64,000 bases of DNA from the human T2T-CHM13v2.0 reference genome, Homo sapiens, in the NCBI RefSeq assembly GCF_009914755.1, contig NC_060941.1; one strand, written 5' to 3'. Of the stretch, positions 1 through 14,930 are shown in pieces (the stretch's first letter is position 1; each line of letters starts with the position of its first letter). Made by a program: the position numbers and the translations under genes. The notes under the pieces were generated by a model. The model was not told the origin of the DNA, did no database searches, and saw nothing but the letters and a program-made list of their open reading frames with translations.

Positions 1-536
1 TTTGTTTGTTCTGTCTTCAAATGGCAAATAAAACTGGAAAAATGCTTAAACTTAGATACTGTAAAGTTTTGCAGTTCATCCTATAGATCTTGCTATTTGA
101 TTTGGTTCTTTATTCTCAGAGGTGCCTTTCTCATGCAAAATGATCGATGGAAATGTGGCAATCTTGTATACACAGTGAATATGAGAGTGTGATTAGTTTT
201 CATTAGAAGATCAATAGCTTCTTTAAATCTTCGAAACGTGTTTAGACTAGCCTACTTTATTAACTTGGCAATGGATTTTTTTTTAGCAGTCTTGAAGTAA
301 ACACATGATTTTTATAGTCTAGCAAAATTATATTGGAAATGCAACCAGGAATACTTGAAGTGACATAAGCACAAAAGAGTATTATATTTAAAATCTTTAT
401 CAAATGTTTAACAAATCACTTAATAAAATTTCAGTATTTCAGCACAATGACAAATATATATTCCATACTAAAGCCTTGTAACTATTAATAAGTAAAAACC
501 AAATTGGCTGTGAGATTCCTAGGGATGAGTTTAACA

Positions 537-757
537 CAGGGTTTCTCAACCCAGGCACTAACAACAGTCTGAGGCAAATAATTCTATGTTGTAAAGGTTG
601 TCCTTGCACTTTAAGAAGTTTAGCATCCAGCCTGGTCTCTACTCACTCATTACCAATGGTGTCTCTTACTCCCACCCCGAGCTGTGGTAACCAAAAATGT
701 CTCTAGTTGCAAAATATTCCCTCTGGGGCAAAAATCACTTGAAGCTGAGAACCACTG
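537..757 (-). mobile_element. MER20 (hAT-Charlie non-autonomous DNA transposon)
   Basis: Ends CAGGGTTTCTCAAC ... TGAGAACCACTG (terminal inverted repeats). Interior resembles the reverse complement of MER20 (aaccaaaaatgtctc, ggggcaaaaatc). Degenerate 8-bp flanks gtttaaca/gttcagta. Confidence 0.85.
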
Positions 758-2299
758 GTTCAGTATAATACAAAATAGGAGTTTTCATTTGTTTGTTTTT
801 CTTAGTCTTTCATGATAGGTTTATAATTGTACCTAAGAAAGTATATGGGCTCTATCATTTCAAAATTACGGCGGTAAATATAAATGGCATTGAGTTTTTT
901 TAACATGGGCTATTAGAATCAAATTGATAGAGAAAGTGCTAGATAAGGGAAGATACATAGTGGAAAAACCTTAAAGTAAGCTCAACACATTTTTAAGAAG
1001 GCTGGTGTTGAAGATCTTATCACACTTAGTAACAAGTGTGAACTACAAATTCTAAACATTGGTTTTGATGGTAGACCTCGTGGTACCCAAGGATGGGCTG
1101 CCAACCTCTTATCGAAGCAAATTTTAAGGGTACAGAGGCAGAATTCAGGTGATACTGAAACAACACAAACCAAACAAAAGTGCTAGTTTGGTAATTAATG
1201 GCTTCTGAGGGTTGGCTTGTAGGGAAATGGAGCTTGGTAGAGGATTATGGAAAAAAGCTAAGAAGATGCCTGGTGCTTTTGTACCCACTTGCTCATTAAT
1301 AGGTAAATGAATTGAAGGCTGAGGGAAGAGAAGCTCATGTTCTTCTTGCATGCTTGACATTGCAACTACATTTTATAAATGTAATGTTATTGCAGATGAA
1401 TGTGATCTCCTGTTCTTTTCTGGCCCAATGCCCAGCACGATGTTCTGCATAGAATCCAGTGCTCAATAAATGTTCAGTAATTATGGTAAACAGGAGAACC
1501 TAACTAACAACAGCATAATTTCCCATTTGAAGAATTCTAGATAGTAAATGCAATGTCCATGACAGTTAATAAAGCAATGTTTCATCAAATCCATGTGCTA
1601 CTGATATTCAGAGATAGGATATGATCTCATTACCAAAAACAAAAATTAAAATAAAGAAAGAGGAAGAGGCAGAGACAGTGCTCTAACTCCCCTCCTCATG
1701 ATTTACTCTAAGGAGAACATATCACTAACTTTGCAACAGCCAAATATTACTAGACTTCATCTTCACCTTTCTGAAATAAGAAATATTCACTAAACTTTTT
1801 TTTCATGCTAATGGAAATGGGAAACAAAAAGGTAGGCTCACAGTACCTACTATGGCAAGCTTGTATGCTTGCTAAAAGTTTTGGCTACTTGAAATTGGTT
1901 TATGTAAAACTAAAAATGGAGCCTGTGGATTGCAGGTTGGGATCCTAGACTTGCCCAGTGGCTTCCCAGAATGTAAGCTAGACACTGAGAACCAAGAAGA
2001 AACAGCATACCTAGCAGATGTATTACTAAGCTGGAGTTACTTCTGATAGTTAATTAGAAAAGATAATTTACAAGCAAAACATGGAAGACTGCATAGAAAG
2101 AAATTTCACAGGATTTCATATGTCCTTCAAGAACCAATGGTTCTCCTTTGCAATTAACAAAATATCCCAAATCCATACTATGATCTAGAAGGTCTGCATT
2201 CTTCCACCTCTTTTCCCAAAAGCTTTCCACTCTTTTCACTATTCTTCAGCCATTTCATCTTTCTTGCTACTTATCTTCCAGCTTCAAGACCCTGTGTTC

Positions 2300-2620
2300 A
2301 CCATCTTTCTTCCTAGAAAGCTTCTGTCTTCAAATTTTCTACATCTAGTGCCCACTCATCATCATTCAGTGCTCTCCCAGCTCAAATATTACTGCTCAAA
2401 GGAAATTTCTTCACCTTCTCTTTCTAGCTAAAATTTTCACTAACTCTGATCAAAATTCCTTGTTGCTTACTTTGAACTCTATTATCTTGTTTTATTTTCT
2501 CCTAAAACATGTTGACATTATTTTAATATTTACTTGTTTACATATTTATTGCTAACCTCCTTTTGCTGGAATGTAAGGTCTACAGAGTAAGAATTTTTTT
2601 TCAATCTCATTGACCACTCA
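2300..2620 (+). mobile_element. L2 LINE fragment (degenerate)
   Basis: L2 3'-region-like motifs (cagctcaaatattac, ctggaatgtaaggtctacagag). Boundaries approximate. Confidence 0.5.
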
Positions 2621-5600
2621 GAATTGTTTTTGATGCTACATGTTCTTGATCCTTAAAAGCAACTTGAAACCATAACTTTTGACTAGTGTGAAGAGAAGGA
2701 AAGATCTCTTATCTGTATTACTATTATTCCTCATTAAACTATTATCTGGGGTAACAATGAACAAGTAATATATGAAGAGAAAACTGTTTCTGATCAAGTA
2801 ATACTAGTCTTGACTCATATAGATATAGCTTGAGTATTGCCCTCTCATGTTATGGCCTCAGGCCCAGGTGAGCCTCCCTCAAAGGCAACAGAACTATTAC
2901 CCAGGGTTTTGATGAACAATGAAACTATTTTCACTTTTCTACAAGGGAAAGGGGCAATAGGGGAACTGAGTTTCAGTAACCTCTGAGCCACCATCATGAG
3001 AATTTGTGTAACCTACAAGAGGTCTCCCCTCCCTTCGTCCCTAAAAAATATGATTTAAGAAGTAGCTTCCCTTCACTTTGAACAGGAAGGACAACTAGGC
3101 AAAACCTAGCACATTTGAATCATTTTAGATGGTGAAGGGGAATAAAACAGTTGTGATATAATTAAAATGCTTTTGAAATTTCGACATTAAATATTTAAAA
3201 GTCAGCTCTAGAGGTACTTAATTTCATAGAAATAATCTGCTGTGTTGCAAAATTTTCAGAAGTGCTGCTAGTAAGCAGATGGGAGTATGAATTGAATCTC
3301 TAGCTGGGCCTCTGCAATTCACAAAGACCAATAGCAAAGTTTGTTGCAATTGCAGGCAGATAGCTGAGGAATTAGAAGGCCACATTGGCTTGTGAAAACA
3401 GACCACAACAATAAGAACTGTGATAAAAACTCTGAAAGAATCTTTATACTTCAAACTATATACTCTGAAATCAAGCACATTGCCTTCATGCCCAGACAAA
3501 CATATCTTCAACAGAAGGGATTCTGGGGCTTGTGGGAGAAGAAGATAGTCAGTGAAAGAGAAATATATCAGAATGATGGTGTGGAATTGAAAGGGAAAAC
3601 AATGTGAACAGCTGTAGGATCTGGCTTTACACAAGCAGCTGGAAGGGAGTGCAAGGATGTCTGAGAAGCTCTAGTATCTTCTAATCAGCCATGGGAGAGA
3701 GGGCAAGAACGTTATACATTCTCTGTGTGAATGAAGGCTTACGTCTTGATGAAAGCTTTGCCTCCATAAGGGCTTTCAACAAAAGATGAAGGGAAGCTAA
3801 GCAAACTGAAGACTCCAAGTTGAAATTTCAGTTGAATAATTTATTTCTCAGCAACATTTCATATTCAATTACTCTGTGTACAGCTAAATGATTGGGTTTC
3901 TGCCATTATACTAGTAATCAAAACTCTTCTTAGAACATTTTTCCTGACAGCTGTACTTCTCTACCAAAGGCTTCATCCCTGGAATATAGCAAATTAGTCA
4001 AATCAAATTAACAAGCATTTATTGAGTGACTCTAGCCCCCAAATTCCTGGAGAACTGAAGCCATCTCTCATTTTGTTTGTTAGTTTATTCTCACAGTAGG
4101 TAAGATGCAGTAGGCATTTATTATACAACTGTTGATTGAATGAACAAATGGATTAATTAATTTTCATTGCCAATCCATGTGCTTTCCAGATTTACATCTC
4201 CTTTAATTAGATGAATTTCCCTTTGTGGCTCTGGAGCTGTGACCACAGATACACATTAAAATTGAGGCAAGTCCATTTGGCAATTTCTCACTCTTTTTCA
4301 GTGGCATGTTTTTGCAGCTAAAAAGAAATTTAAAGGCGTCTGTCAAGAGCAGCGGCAATTGTTAGAGAACTTAGATGCACGGCATACCAAAAAGAAAAAA
4401 AAAAAAAAGCACTTCTAAGAAAGCTCTGACCTGAAAATATGGATGGATTCGCTGACCTGGTATTAAATTAACTAATGAGAAGTTCATCGGCATCTGGGCC
4501 CAAGCTATGGGTTAGGAGGAGGAGCACAATCACTCACTTAATTAATTACTTAATTAACCTTTAAGACCAGAACTTTTGGTGGGATTCTCCTGAGATTTAA
4601 AGAACTTTATTATTGTTATTATTATTTTTCAAAATGAAACTGGCTCTCGGTATGTGGTTACTCAAAAAGAAAGGGAAAATTTTTAGGATAGCCATGGGTA
4701 TTTTTTAAAATGGTGCCCATTAAAGGTCATAATATTGATGCAATTTTCCAGGGCTGGTTTCAGTTTTCCCACGGAGTGGTAATTGGGTCATTGGGCCAGT
4801 CCTTCTCTTGACTGACCAGTATGGTTTCACCAGATCTGGATAAAAATAGTCTTTTGTAGGAATTGTTAGTCACTATCAGCTTTTCCCTGAGTTAATTTGC
4901 CTTTCCTTCAAGGTGCCAAAACCACCTCCCTGGAAACTTAAGTTTTCCATGTGTTCATAGAAGAAGGATACACTAATCCACCCTACCACAGTCTGAATGT
5001 TCTACAGTCCTGACTGAGCTGAACTAGCAGTAGATCATTTATTTTGTGGCCCTTGGACTCCAGAAGCAGCCAAAGGCTTGGCAAGCATTGTTTTTATGTG
5101 AACAGCCATCTCCTGGGAATAAGGAGATCTGCCTCCTGGTTGGTTGTTTCACTCCTGTTTTCTTTGATGAGTTATATTTCTTCACTTAAAGTTTAAAGAG
5201 CTCCTTTCTCAGGAGAGTTGCCTGAGGTCATACAGGAAGGTGACTGGGCCAGCTTCCAGTAAAGAAATGGTTATTCCTGAGAACACAGTCTGCGTAGATT
5301 GAATCCAATTGAATTGAAATCACCCCCACAAAGTTTTGTAGTGTAACAAGTCAAGGTAACTAATATCACTCCCTGCCATACAAATTGGTTGAGTTGTGGC
5401 AGAGTGCAGAGATTAGAGGGTTAGATGCTCCTCCTTCACATTGCTGTTGGTTCCCAATGTTCATCCAAATCTAGAAAAAATTAAATCTTTAATAGAAGGA
5501 ACACAGGACCATACACCAGGGGACCCGGATTTTAGGTATGTCTAGTTTACTCCATTCATAGCACGAAGACTTTTAAGTTCCTAACATACACTAAGTGTTG

Positions 5601-5692
5601 AAATATCCCTTAGTGCTCCATCATCATATATAAAATGGCCAGATGTAAAGAACAAATAACGCAATTTTGCGCAATGGCTTTGCAAATTAAAA

Positions 5693-6991
5693 CAGCAGTT
5701 CTCAAATTGGGGTCCATGGTGCCTAAGCCACTTTGAGTTGTCTGAGACATCAAAACGATACTTTATGATAACACAAACAGCGTTTGCCTTTCCCCTCTGT
5801 GTTAACATTTGTATTGATGGGACAAAAACAATACTGGCATCTTAAGTGTGAATCAAGTCAGTGGCATTAAAGATAGCCAATTTCATTTAAATCTTTAAGG
5901 AAGTAATAAGAATCATTAATTTTATTAAATCTGGATTTGGCATAGATGTATTTTTAAATAATCTATGTGATAAAATGGGAGGCACTTATAAAGTACTCTG
6001 ACTACCTAAAGAGAGGGAAAAATACAGCTTTACAATTCTCTGAGTTGTCAGCTTAACTACTCACTTTTTAAATATAAACATCATTTTTACTTGAAAGAAA
6101 AGCTAACAAATTATGATTATTCAGAGTTGGGTATTTGGCAGACAATTTTTCAAAAATGAATGAAGTAAACCTGTCACTTCAAGGAAAACAACTGGTAGCA
6201 TTTGTTGTGCATGATGAAATATAAGTTTCAAGCAAAAATGAGCATTTTGAAAAACTTGTTTCCATCACCATGGGCATGGTTTCCGAATATTTCAAGACTT
6301 TTTTGGCATGATTGGTGCTAAGATTAACAGAGGTGATTGTTTAATATAATGAAACCTGTCCATGTTCAGAAGATACGCATAACTTAGTGAATTATTATTC
6401 TTCAAATAACTGATGCAGGATGTTACAAAATCATGCAAGGCTAAAAGACCCATCTGATAGATTTTTAATGTAACAGAGTACAAAAAGCCCACTGACACTA
6501 TTTCACACTCCACATCCCAACTAAACTTTAAAGATACTAACTTTGAGGGAGTTTTGGTATAACATCAAAGAAGAAATATCCAGAATCATCTGACAGAGTA
6601 TTAAATTATTCTTCCCTTTACAAATTCACATATTTATACATCCATATTTTCTTTCTATAATTCAACCGAAACAAACTGTAGACACAGAAACATTTCAGAA
6701 GCAGACATGAGAATTCAGTTTTCTTCTTTTAAACTAGACATTAAAGTGGAAAATAATGCCATCTTCTCTCTCTTTTAAAAAAATAGTCATTTTTCATTAA
6801 AAATACATTAGTCTTCCATGTAAATATTTCTGTTGTAAGTGTATTAATAATTTTAAAAAATTACTCACTTTTAATTTCTAATGTAATACATATTATACTA
6901 GACAGCACCTCAATAAACAAAAAGCCCTCGGGTCACAGTGGTTTTTCAGAGAGTAAGGGGGCTTGGAGGCCAAAATGTTTGAGAAACACTG
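5693..6991 (+). mobile_element. Charlie1a (hAT-Charlie DNA transposon), near full length, decayed
   Basis: Starts CAGCAGTTCTCAAA and ends TTTGAGAAACACTG. Interior Charlie1 motifs: gggtatttggcagaca, aatgaagtaaacctgtcacttcaaggaaaacaact, gaagcagacatgagaattcag. About 1.3 kb, no intact transposase ORF. Confidence 0.85.
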
Positions 6992-7739
6992 CTTTAATAT
7001 GATGTACTTCTGCTTCTACTCCATGTTGGTGTTAATAACAGAACTTAAAGGAAGATACTGAAGGATCCAGATACTCTAATCTTTTCTGCTCTCTGGGATC
7101 TTCTGGAGGATATCTGTCCAGGTACTCAGAGCTGTTGCACTAGTTCATGATTTATCAGGTTCACCACTTAATCAGGTTTGGACCTCGTAATAAAAATTAG
7201 AATTATTGGTCATCTGTTTTCAAAATCTTGTATTAACTGATTTTCCCAGTTTCAAGTGGATTATCATCCCATTTTTTTAATCCAGTTTGTTTCTTCATAA
7301 CAAATACATATTGTTTTGTAAAGGGCAAGGGATATTCACTGTAATCCATCAAAACCAAAGCCAGTTTACCTTGACAGCTACTGAGGTGATCACTTTTGTT
7401 AGGAGTGCTTTCTTCTACTTCTGAAAAGCTTTCCTCTTTGGAAGCCATCAAATTGTCCCCAAGCAATGATGTGTACATCTTAAACATTAGAGCTTCAGGA
7501 TGTTCTGAGAAGATTTATATTCACAGTGTTGCATGTTCAACAAGTGGAGGTTTAATTACAATTCAGTTATTAGAAACAAAATTGTTTTTGTACCTGGATC
7601 TATCTTATTGTGGGCAATTAGCTTAGAACCATAAATAGTAAGCTTAGTTGAAAAGTTAAACATTAACCACAGTGTGTCATTGCCTCACTCTAACTGTGTT
7701 GCAGACCTACAAAGCACAAGACCCCATACCTAAGGGTGT

Positions 7740-7860
7740 CCATTTAATCCTTACAACATCTCCCCCTCTCCTAAAATAGGCAGTTATTTCAGTTTTGCAG
7801 ATGGGAAAACAGAGGCTCATTCCATGAGAAATTTGCAGAGCCAAGATTAAAAATGGGATT
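7740..7860 (-). mobile_element. MIR fragment
   Basis: catttaatccttacaac...ttttgcagatgggaaaacagaggctc is the antisense MIR core. Confidence 0.65.
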
Positions 7861-7873
7861 TGTGTAACTTCAA

Positions 7874-8231
<358 letters not shown>

Positions 8232-8746
8232 TAGAACAGGGAACTATTTCAGGTACTAAACCAGTTAGGAAATTATTGCATGTCCCAATGATGACATTTT
8301 CTTTCTTTCTTTCTTTCTCTTCTCTTGAAGAATGATTCAAAAGTTTTCCAACTGTTTGCCTGCTACAACTTCTTACACTCACAAAAAAAAATGATCAATA
8401 GAGTTGACAGTATTTGTTCTGAATGACTCTCAGTTAAGGTGTTTCCTATGTACTACTGATATATCAATAACCCCTGAAACATAGCTAATCAAATAACTAT
8501 AGGTGTTTGATTGAGAGCTGTGGTTTTGCATTTCAGAAATCAGCAATAGATGCATTTTCACTTGAATCTAATTAGGTGGACCAACTTTTATTTTTCTTAC
8601 TAAAACCATCTCAATCTCCATGGTTTAGTTATTTATTTTCTTCTTTGTTTCAAGATCATAAATGGAAGCCTGAGGAGCCAAAACCCAAGGATGTGCTGGG
8701 AACTCCACTGAGAGGTGATCTCTGACCACTGGATCACTTTCTTCTA

Positions 8747-9057
<311 letters not shown>

Positions 9058-11175
9058 GGTCAATTTAAGTAATTTAATATGGGCCTAATCCTAGATGTGG
9101 AAAGTAGATTTTGATAGAATGAAAGATCTCATCCCTATTTTCATTCTTATAGTATAATCATATTTGAGTTTGTAATTCCATTCACTGAAAAAAAAAATCA
9201 GTTGGCAAAAATGCCTATAGAAGAGAACACAAGCATTTCTGAGTTCAAAGTTCAGATTTCAAGATTTAGCAAATATTTCTGATCACACATAAAGTTGTCC
9301 ATGGTTTCTGAAACGTGCTCATCTTGCTCTACTGCGTAAGACCCTCCTGGATTTCCCTCTACATTCAGGGTGAAGTTGCTACTTTTGCATCTTAGCCAAC
9401 AGGCTATGTACCCCCACCAGTGTCTACTCTCCAGCCACAGGTCTCCTTGAGACTACGGTTGTCTCTTTCTTTCTAGCCATGATGATGCATTTGTAGTTGT
9501 GTAGATATATATTCCTCTGATAATGCTCATCCTACTTTATTTTCTTGAGATGGTCTCCCTCCTCCCAGTTTTGTCTTTCTGGTGACATACACAGGTGTTT
9601 TTGAGACTCACCTCAAGTGCCACCTACTGATGGGTAAAACCAAGACTGGACCTCAGGAAAGCCCTTAATGGTTTTTATTTGTTTATTTATTTATTTGTTT
9701 TTTTCTGACAAACATCCTATGCTCACCCAGCCCCAAACTAAGAAGAGCACATTTCTTCTGGCCAGCTATTACTGTACTTAAACATTCTTCCATCAGAGTC
9801 CTTCCAATACTGGTATGTTTACATCCATGTTTCGCTCGTAAATTTATAAACCCCTTATTGACAGAGGCCCATTTTGATTTTTGTATCTTGGGCAAATATC
9901 AGAATGTTAGGGGTATATTACATACTTAATACATATCTGTTGAACAAATACATAGATTTCCTTTAGTTCAAAGACTTTTTACTTCTGCTCAACTTTACAA
10001 AACACACATTAAATCAGTATCCTGACTGATTTAAGAAGGAAAAACAAATGCCAGCATGGATCGCAGAAATCCTAACCTGTGATCACTGAAGGAACTGATT
10101 TTTCAGGATTAGTTGATACTAATTGTATGGTTTGAAGGATACATGGGATTTAGTAACTAAATATTGTTATCTTGATTCGAGTTATATTTGAAACTGAGTC
10201 AACTTGTGCTTTTACTAGCACAGCTAATAAAGACAGCATTATTATAGTAACTCTATTTTCTGCACAAATGCAAACTTTTTTTGTATTTTAACTAAACTGT
10301 GTGATGTTTTATGCTTAAGAAGTTACCTAGTCCAATATTTGGGGGAAAAACAGATACTTGGCAAATATATCTTGAATTATTAATGAATAAATGAAAATAG
10401 AAGAAATTCAATTCACTTCTCTGATTTTATAGATGACAGAATTGAAGCCCAGGTAGTTGCAGAACAATGACAAATAATCATCAATCATCACGGCTCCTGG
10501 GTCGATATCTACTTTTCTGTATATATAGTAGATATTATAAACTGTAAGGATTTTAGATGGATAGAGCACACAGTCAGGGACATAAAACCTCATTGCAGGA
10601 TAAGAACCACTGATCATAAACCCAATACGTACCTTACATTTTACTGTGTGCTATGGATAAAGACAAGAAATGAGTAAGCCAGAATGTCCCATGAGGTGAG
10701 TACAGTCTCATAGAGGAAGTATTTATAGTTCACTATGATGTATGAAGTGTTAGGGGGCACAAATGAGAAAGCAACTCCACCTGAGGTAAGAGAGGAGAGA
10801 AGGGAAAGCTACAGGGAAGAGGTGACATTGGATATGTCTCCTGAAGTAGGCATGTTCCAATCTCAAGAGATGAGGAATGACATTTCAGGCTGAAGACACA
10901 ATTGCAGCTCATCAGAAGTGATAAACCCATATAACAAAGTGGTTCCCTCTGCAGTAACAGAACCAAAGCTGACCTTAGCTGCGGGACATTATTACCCAAA
11001 TGAAGAAAAATGACAAGTTGCTTTTCAAGCCATCCCAGAGTGGGAAGCCAACATGCCAGGAGCTATAAAGAGCCTCAGAAGAATACGAGAAAAAGAAAAA
11101 GAGTTGTACCCTTTCCTGTGGCAAAAGCACTACAAGCCAACACACCTTGGTTCTGCCAGATTGATTTTTGCATAG

Positions 11176-11497
<322 letters not shown>

Positions 11498-12093
11498 TGT
11501 ATATTAATATTTTAATACACAGCAAGTATGTTTTTTATTCCAAGGGATTAAAAAAGGTGATTTTAGTGATGTCAGTACATTCTGATGCCAAAATTTATGT
11601 TTCACTGCAGCCTTACACACGTCACACTGATGTGGGTTGCTCTCTAGACTTGACAATATCTAATGTTAGAAGTTTAAATATCTTGAGTTGAGAAAGGCAT
11701 CAAAGAATGATATTGTGTATTGACTCTAGGGAAGTAAACTCTTGGATTCCAATCTCACCAATGCCTCCATCTCTAGAACTCCATCCTTCACTAAAAGTGA
11801 GTGTTGCTAATAAACTGTCTCAATGAACACTTATTGAAAAAGAGTTCACCCCCCTGCTTCACCCCACCCTGCTCAGTTTCCTAATAACCACGAGGAAGTA
11901 TGAGGTTACACAGTCTGAGGGATAGGAGGAGAAAACAATAGGTTATGATTAAAATAAAGATTCAAATGGAAATTAAAATAAAGGGAACAGACATCTGAGA
12001 CATGTAAGAAAATGACTTAGATTTCTGGAGGAAAGAGAGAGTTATTTAAAAAACATGCAGGAGATTAGCAAGAAGATTCCACAGGTTTTCCAT

Positions 12094-12101
12094 TCATCAT
12101 C

Positions 12102-12132
<31 letters not shown>

Positions 12133-12151
12133 ACATCATCATCATCAACAT
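12094..12151. repeat. (CAT)n trinucleotide microsatellite, interrupted
   Basis: Directly visible tcatcat array with ctt/caa interruptions. Confidence 0.95.
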
Positions 12152-12213
12152 GGAGCACTGCACAGTGTTTCAAGCCTCATAAGTAGATTCCCAAAGCATC
12201 GGTCACGACCCAC

Positions 12214-12395
12214 TACTTTTAGCTGTGCAACCATTCAATTCCTTAGGCTTTCTAAGCCTCAGTTTCCTCATCTATAAAATGGGGAAAATAATAGTACCTA
12301 ACTCAACAGGTTTTAGGAGAATTAAATAAGATGATGCACATAAACTTTAGCATGATATATGCCCACAGAACAGACTCTCAGTAAATTCTAGTCAT
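12214..12395 (+). mobile_element. MIR
   Basis: ctaagcctcagtttcctcatctataaaatgggg...ataatagtacct is the canonical MIR core. Confidence 0.85.
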
Positions 12396-13849
12396 CATCA
12401 ACACCACAAAAAAAATTTAAAAACTCAAACCTGACTACCAATTTTGTGTAGTACTAGGCAATCCAAGGAGAGATTCATCATCTATCTCAGATCAGACATC
12501 TCGTGAACAGTCATTTAGTAGGTGGATGGATCTGAACGATGAACTGAACTGCTTTTTCATCATGTGGAAATTGCCTTCAGATAAACAGGGATGATTGCAT
12601 GCCCCAAAGTGTTTCTTAAATTTTCTACAAAATGCCAAAGAAAGGCACTTTTTTTTCTTAGTAAAACATTATAGCCTTGGTCACTTTGAGTAATTAAAGA
12701 GGTTGTTTTTGTTTTGTCCCCTCTACCTTGCTTGAATTAAAAAAAAAAAAAAAACTCTAATACACCATTCTTCTTGGGCAAACTCCAGCCAGACAGATAT
12801 TTGCCATTCCATTATTGTTTTAAAGTGTTAGCCCCAGACACATAAGCATTGTTGGAATGCAATGGAAAAAAAAAAAGTTTTAAATCTCAAATGGGGTAAT
12901 AAACTGCAGCCAGAAGCTAATTGTACTGAAACTTGAGCTTTTATAACATGTTACTACTGTAGTGGGACCACTCAGCACTACTTTGGTGGGGTTGTTGTGT
13001 AATTGGTAGTAGATTACGTTGCAGACATATTTAAAAAAAAAAAAAAGTCAAATCAGACATTTCTGCTTATTACTGTAGACCTCAGAATAATTCTCAAAGC
13101 AATCAATGCATTTCATCCATTAAACTATTGATGGGGGGTATTAATTCATATAATGTTTAACTACTCACTGTGGACGTTCTCTCTGCCAACTTTCTTCCAC
13201 CCAAGAAGTCCTGAAATGTTGCTGCTCCTGTCAAAAGAAATGAATCATTAATAAGAACCAGCAAGGCCACTGGCAAGCTAGAAGCTGGGCCATGATATAT
13301 ACAGGCTTCACATTCTTTTAACTGAGTGCTGAACTGTATGTGTAAAAGGAGAAAACAGCCCAGTAGGGTTTTACTAAGAGTCTAAAAGCAATACAAGGAA
13401 GGGTACATCCATCAAATCTATTTATTGAATATTTAGGGGATCTGAGAACACTTTTTTAGAATATATATTTTTTAGACAGTCTAGAGTCAATAGGAATGAG
13501 GACTTGTAAGTAATACTCCAACTAAACTCTGCACCCACAGGAGGGCAGGGAAAAGGACCATACTTGTGTGTCTAAGTCTTAAAGAAATTAGGTCAAGTCT
13601 AGGTGAGAGTAGGCCTACTCCCAAAAAAGTGTTGTGATAAAAATGGAAGAAATGCCTCCTTTTCCAAGTCCTCATCTTTGTGCTGTGTTCATTTATTTGT
13701 ATTGTTATTTTTTTCTTTCTCTCTCCTTCTGCCCCTTTTTATATTGAGACCACCTGCTTTTATGGAACTACATATCTACTTGCGGCCACAAAATGAAGAA
13801 ATGTGGATATCATAAAAGAGACTTACATGGTCACAAAATCATGAGTGTT

Positions 13850-14395
13850 GAAGTTAGATTTGAATCTAAAGCCTAGTTCTGCCATCTCTTCTTAAAAATT
13901 ATTTTACCCCTTGAGTTTTAATGAATTACCTCATAAAATGTGGATAATAATACAGATGCTCTTCAACTTACGATGGGGTTCTGTCCTGATAAATGTATTG
14001 TAAGTTGAAAATATTTCAAGTCGAGAGTGCATTTAATATGCCTAACCTACTAAACACCACAGTTTAGCCTAGCCTAGCTTAAATGTGCTTAGAACACTTA
14101 AATTAGCCTATAATTGGGCAACCTCATGTAAAACAAAGCCTACTTTATAATAAAGTGTTGACTATCTCATGTGATGTATTGAATACTGTACTGAAACTGA
14201 AAAACAGAATGGTTGTAGGGTACTGAAAGCACAGTTTCTACTGGATGCAAATTGCATTCACACCATTGTAAAGTCCAAAACTCTTAAGTCAGGGACCACC
14301 TGTACTGACCTCATGAAGATTTGATAAAGAATAAAAAATAATATATGAAATTCTGAGTTGAGTTACTGGCACAGAAGATGACAGTCAGTGTTGGG
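13850..14395 (+). mobile_element. MIR split by a MER47A insertion
   Basis: MIR core (cctcataaaatgtggataataata) stops at 13952 and resumes after 14302 (tactgacctcatgaagatt...ctggcacaga). Confidence 0.6.
13953..14302 (+). mobile_element. MER47A (TcMar-Tigger non-autonomous DNA transposon)
   Basis: CAGATGCTCTTCAACTTACGATGGGGTT start, gtttagcctagcctag interior, AAGTCAGGGACCACCTG end. TA target-site duplication on both sides. Confidence 0.9.
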
Positions 14396-14601
14396 TAAGT
14401 TATGACTATGATAATGAAGAAGGAAATAAAGTTTACTTGTCAATTGGGATGGTCATTTTAGTGAACCAAAGTCCCAAAGCAGATTTGAGATCTAGATCAC
14501 TAATCACTATCACATCCTTAAAATTCACTCTGTCCTATATGTGTGTACTTTAGCTACCTGCTGGGCATTTCCTAGACTAATGTTTAAAAATGATGGAAGA
14601 T

Positions 14602-14930
<329 letters not shown>

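Noticed and set aside
3224-3634. 136-aa minus-strand ORF and overlapping 71-aa plus-strand ORF
   Set aside because: Non-ATG starts, no recognisable homology, and length expected by chance.
5667-5674. TTGCGCAA C/EBP-type palindrome
   Set aside because: A single 8-mer is not enough evidence for a regulatory call.
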